The notes beneath the pieces are model-generated. The model made no database searches. It saw only the letters and a list, made by a program, of their open reading frames with translations, and was not told the origin of the DNA. A stretch of DNA of 28,084 nt from a virus (Duplodnaviria > Caudoviricetes), in the IMG/VR virus record IMGVR_UViG_3300037991_004938, positions 1-28,084 of that record; one strand, 5' to 3'. Shown one piece after another: positions 25,177 to 28,084 of this stretch; position 1 is the first letter of the stretch, and every line of letters starts with the position of its first letter. Both the position numbers and the translations under genes were made by a program.

Positions 25177-27369
25177 ATGGCAGTATACAAACAATTTAAT
25201 ACGAATGAGGTAGTAATTTCCCCATTTAAAGCGAATAAACGTTTTAGATTTGAGAATAATCAGGTATCTTCCTCAGACGTCCAAATCGAATATTATCAAG
25301 GTCAACAAGGTACTTATTTATCAGGATCATTCGATACTGGTTTTAACACAATGCAAGATGGTGTAACTGTTTTTAATAGTGTTAAACAACTTTACTATTC
25401 AAATTACTTAACATCATCTACAGGAGATCCAATGGTAACAGCTAGTTTTGTACCTGGACCTACTGGACCTCAAGGAGAAAATTTAGGATTTGATTCTTAT
25501 GTAGGTATAACAACAGGGCCTAGGTTTGAAAATTTCCTACAATCTTCATTACCTCAAACAAGATATTTTTCACAGTTTTCAGCTTCAAAAGCACCAATTG
25601 GATTTGCAGGTACAAATACACAAGTATCAGCATCTGTTATAGCTGATTTTCAAGCTTATATTAGTGCAACAGAATTATCATTTGTTAGTTTACCAGATTT
25701 ATCATCTAAAAACATTAATGAAACATATGTTTTAGATTATGTAAAATATGTAGGTGCAAATACCTCTCCTTTTACATTAACAACAGGTGGTGCAGTAGTA
25801 ACATCAGTATCAGCAAGTCAATTTGTAGAAGAAAGAATTAATCCTGATGTAAATGGTACTTTAAGTGGATTAACATTAAAAAATAATGATCTAATTACTA
25901 TAGTAAATGGTAATGCTGTAACAAATGATGATATACAATTGTTTTATAAACAAGCTCCAAGAGGACCTTCTGTAATATCAATTCCTTCAATGTTATATGG
26001 TGAAGCAATTCAACCATCATCATTCCAGTTTGAATATACTTCATCAATTAATTTTACTCGTAGTATAGTTGATGATGATGGACAAGGTAATTTAATTGTA
26101 ACACAATCAGACTCAACAGGAACAGCATTTTACTCAGGAAGTGTAGGACAAATATTTTACTCACAAGGTATAGCTGTAATAACAGGACCTGATAGTGGTA
26201 GTTTAAGAGAATTTGCTCATAATGTAGGATATAAAGATAATATGAATCCTAATATTATGTCATCTTCTTTATCATTTTCATCATCAATAACAATAGACGA
26301 AAATCAATATAAATGTACAGTAAGAGATGATGAATTTTCATATACAACTAACCCATCAGCTTTAGGACCAACAGGAGGTTTAACAAGAACAAATAATCGA
26401 TTATTTACTTCATTTAATGCTGGTAATTTAAATTTAGCAGCATCAGCAGATAATACCTATGCTGTAACACCTGGCAATATAATAGGTGATGTAAAAGCAA
26501 CTACATTTTATATTTTTGGTGATAGAGCTTCTGCAACTACAATTGGTCAACAATATAGAGTAGAATTAGTATCTAGTGATGGTACTAGTTTAGAATTTAT
26601 AGGTTGGGATGGGAATGGAAATGGAATAAGAAATTCTTTAGGTCAAGTACAATTTAATAGTACAGGTAGTGCTGTGGGCATAGCAAGAGGTTTTTGTGAT
26701 GCTATAAATGGTGTAGATGGTTTTGATGGTAAAATATCAGCTTCATTACAATCAACAGTTTCAGGTTTAGATACAGTAATGTTAACCCAAACAAATGCTG
26801 GAACTGATGGTAATACAAGAATTAAATATACTGATTCATTTAATTTATTACTAGCAGAAGATACGTATGCTCCTAATCCACCTAGAGGACAAGAATATTT
26901 TGGTAATTTTACCCTTCAAAGAAATGGAGTAGCACCACAACCAACAACAGGAACAGATACATTCGAAGCTTCAAAAGGTGCAATTTTAAATGTTGTAGTA
27001 GAAAGTAATGCTGTTACAAGTATAAATGTTTCATCTTCAATATCAGCAGGAGGGGTTTCTAATTCATTTATAGGATCAGGTTATAATGTAGGTGATGAAT
27101 TAATTATTAAAGCAAGTGAATTAGGTGCAGGTAGTGGAGCAGGTTTAGGAACAGGGTCAATCGTTTTAACAGCTAATGATGTAGTAAACGATAATAATAC
27201 TCAAATATATCATGATTTTTGTACAGGATCATATTTTAGTCCTTATGTAACAACAATAGGGCTATATAATCAAAGTAATGAATTAGTAGTTGTTGGTAAA
27301 TTACCTAGACCATTACCTATTTCATTACAAACTGATATGACGTTCATGATTAACTTTGACACAAATTAA
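25177..27369 (+). CDS. Virion structural protein (730 aa), paralogous to the previous gene
   Basis: DDDGQGNL..VGQIFYSQG; C.....EFSYTTNPS [about 270-aa insert] YVTTIGLYN..NELVVVGKLPRPL. Confidence 0.7.
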   Translation: MAVYKQFNTNEVVISPFKANKRFRFENNQVSSSDVQIEYYQGQQGTYLSGSFDTGFNTMQDGVTVFNSVKQLYYSNYLTSSTGDPMVTASFVPGPTGPQGENLGFDSYVGITTGPRFENFLQSSLPQTRYFSQFSASKAPIGFAGTNTQVSASVIADFQAYISATELSFVSLPDLSSKNINETYVLDYVKYVGANTSPFTLTTGGAVVTSVSASQFVEERINPDVNGTLSGLTLKNNDLITIVNGNAVTNDDIQLFYKQAPRGPSVISIPSMLYGEAIQPSSFQFEYTSSINFTRSIVDDDGQGNLIVTQSDSTGTAFYSGSVGQIFYSQGIAVITGPDSGSLREFAHNVGYKDNMNPNIMSSSLSFSSSITIDENQYKCTVRDDEFSYTTNPSALGPTGGLTRTNNRLFTSFNAGNLNLAASADNTYAVTPGNIIGDVKATTFYIFGDRASATTIGQQYRVELVSSDGTSLEFIGWDGNGNGIRNSLGQVQFNSTGSAVGIARGFCDAINGVDGFDGKISASLQSTVSGLDTVMLTQTNAGTDGNTRIKYTDSFNLLLAEDTYAPNPPRGQEYFGNFTLQRNGVAPQPTTGTDTFEASKGAILNVVVESNAVTSINVSSSISAGGVSNSFIGSGYNVGDELIIKASELGAGSGAGLGTGSIVLTANDVVNDNNTQIYHDFCTGSYFSPYVTTIGLYNQSNELVVVGKLPRPLPISLQTDMTFMINFDTN

Positions 27370-27372
27370 CAT

Positions 27373-27864
27373 ATGAAACATATGCCAACAACCGCTACCT
27401 GGACTTACCAGGGAAGGGTTATAACATCAATAAAGGATATGCCAGAGGGAACTTACGGGTTTATCTATGAAGTTAGATATAAACCAACAGACGTAAGATA
27501 CATTGGTAAAAAAGTGCTTTATTTTGAACGAAATAAAAGATTAGGTAAAAAAGCATTAGCAGCACTCAGAGAAGAAAGATCAAAAAATGGACTAAGAGGT
27601 CGCGTCCCAATTAAACAAAAAGTAGTTACTGAATCAGATTGGAAAGATTATTTTGGATCCCAAAAAGAAATTGTTACATTGTCACAACAAGATAATGCAG
27701 GTGAAAATTGGGAGAAACGAATATTAGAATTTGTTCCTAACAAAAAATTATTAACATATTATGAAACTAAACACTTATTTCAGAATGGAGTGTTAGAAGA
27801 TAAAGATAGTGCTCATATTAATGATAATATATTAGGAAAGTTCTTTAGAAAAGATTTTGATTAA
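27373..27864 (+). CDS. GIY-YIG family nuclease (Seg-like, small); start may be 27382
   Basis: GFIYEV...RYIGKK is a GIY...YIG variant; DWKDYFGS; downstream E (YYETK) and N (NDNI) at expected catalytic positions. Confidence 0.75.
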   Translation: MKHMPTTATWTYQGRVITSIKDMPEGTYGFIYEVRYKPTDVRYIGKKVLYFERNKRLGKKALAALREERSKNGLRGRVPIKQKVVTESDWKDYFGSQKEIVTLSQQDNAGENWEKRILEFVPNKKLLTYYETKHLFQNGVLEDKDSAHINDNILGKFFRKDFD

Positions 27865-27884
27865 CGAATTAAATTTCGTATATT
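27856..27884 (+). promoter_or_regulatory. Putative early/middle host-RNAP promoter TTTG-N19-TATATT
   Basis: TTTG 27856-27859 and TATATT 27879-27884, 7 nt before primase ATG 27892; same architecture as the 1857 and 22968 sites. Confidence 0.45.
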
Positions 27885-27891
27885 ATATACT

Positions 27892-28084
27892 ATGGTAAAC
27901 GAACTATTAGTTAACTTGGTTAACTCTGTGTTAGGTACTGGAAAACGAACGGCTAGAGGTAACCAATCATACCACTGCCCCTTTTGTAACCATCATAAAC
28001 CTAAATTAGAAGTTAACTTTTCGGAAAATAAAAAAGGATATAATCCTTGGCATTGTTGGGTATGTGATAAAAAAGGTACTCGCA
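27892..28084 (+). CDS. DNA primase, N-terminal zinc-binding domain (3'-truncated), not in the ORF track
   Basis: ATG 27892 opens MVNELLVNLVNSVLGTGKRTARGNQSYHCPFCNHHKPKLEVNFSENKKGYNPWHCWVCDKKGTR to the window end; CPFC...WHCWVC..G zinc ribbon. Confidence 0.85.
   Translation, partial: MVNELLVNLVNSVLGTGKRTARGNQSYHCPFCNHHKPKLEVNFSENKKGYNPWHCWVCDKKGTR

Noticed and set aside
10930-27195. Inserts as inteins, introns or DGR variable repeats
   Set aside because: No intein-type C/S...HN-C/S/T junctions or LAGLIDADG motifs, frames are uninterrupted, no reverse transcriptase, and no near-identical repeat pair differing only at adenines was seen.
1-28084. Stop-codon reassignment, as in some Bacteroidota phages
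   Set aside because: Genes tile the window in the standard code. TAG ends genes at 4060 and 25171 and TGA at 2963, each with the next gene starting immediately.
1-28084. CRISPR array, integrase/att site or IS element
   Set aside because: No regularly spaced repeats, recombinase or transposase seen, and no duplicate of the tRNA 3' end noticed.

Overview
AT-rich, gene-dense window with all credible genes on the + strand in the standard code. It comes from a large tailed dsDNA phage with a T4-like contractile-tail baseplate. The host is probably Bacteroidota, inferred from SD-less A-rich leaders, TTG-N19/20-TAnnTT promoter-like sites and a flavobacterial-looking tRNA-Ala. Order: 3' part of an ATP-dependent DNA ligase, small hypotheticals, tRNA-Ala(UGC), YhaM-like HD hydrolase, small membrane protein and gp55-like sigma factor. 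A roughly 23 kb structural block follows: gp5/gpV-like spike, gp25- and gp6-like wedge proteins, a 3039-aa gp7/gpI-like protein and three tail-collar/fibre-base-like proteins. The window ends with a GIY-YIG nuclease and the 5' end of a DNA primase. The most unusual signals are (1) two beta-rich modules inserted repeatedly, apparently nested inside one another, in four baseplate proteins; (2) a pervasive [S/T]-[G/A/S/Q]-S tripeptide in the outer virion proteins, a candidate modification sequon; (3) a late-promoter-like ATATTTATAA whose core is the reverse complement of the T4 late promoter; (4) an apparently split gpH-type tail-collar domain. All family calls are motif recognition by eye; no searches were run.
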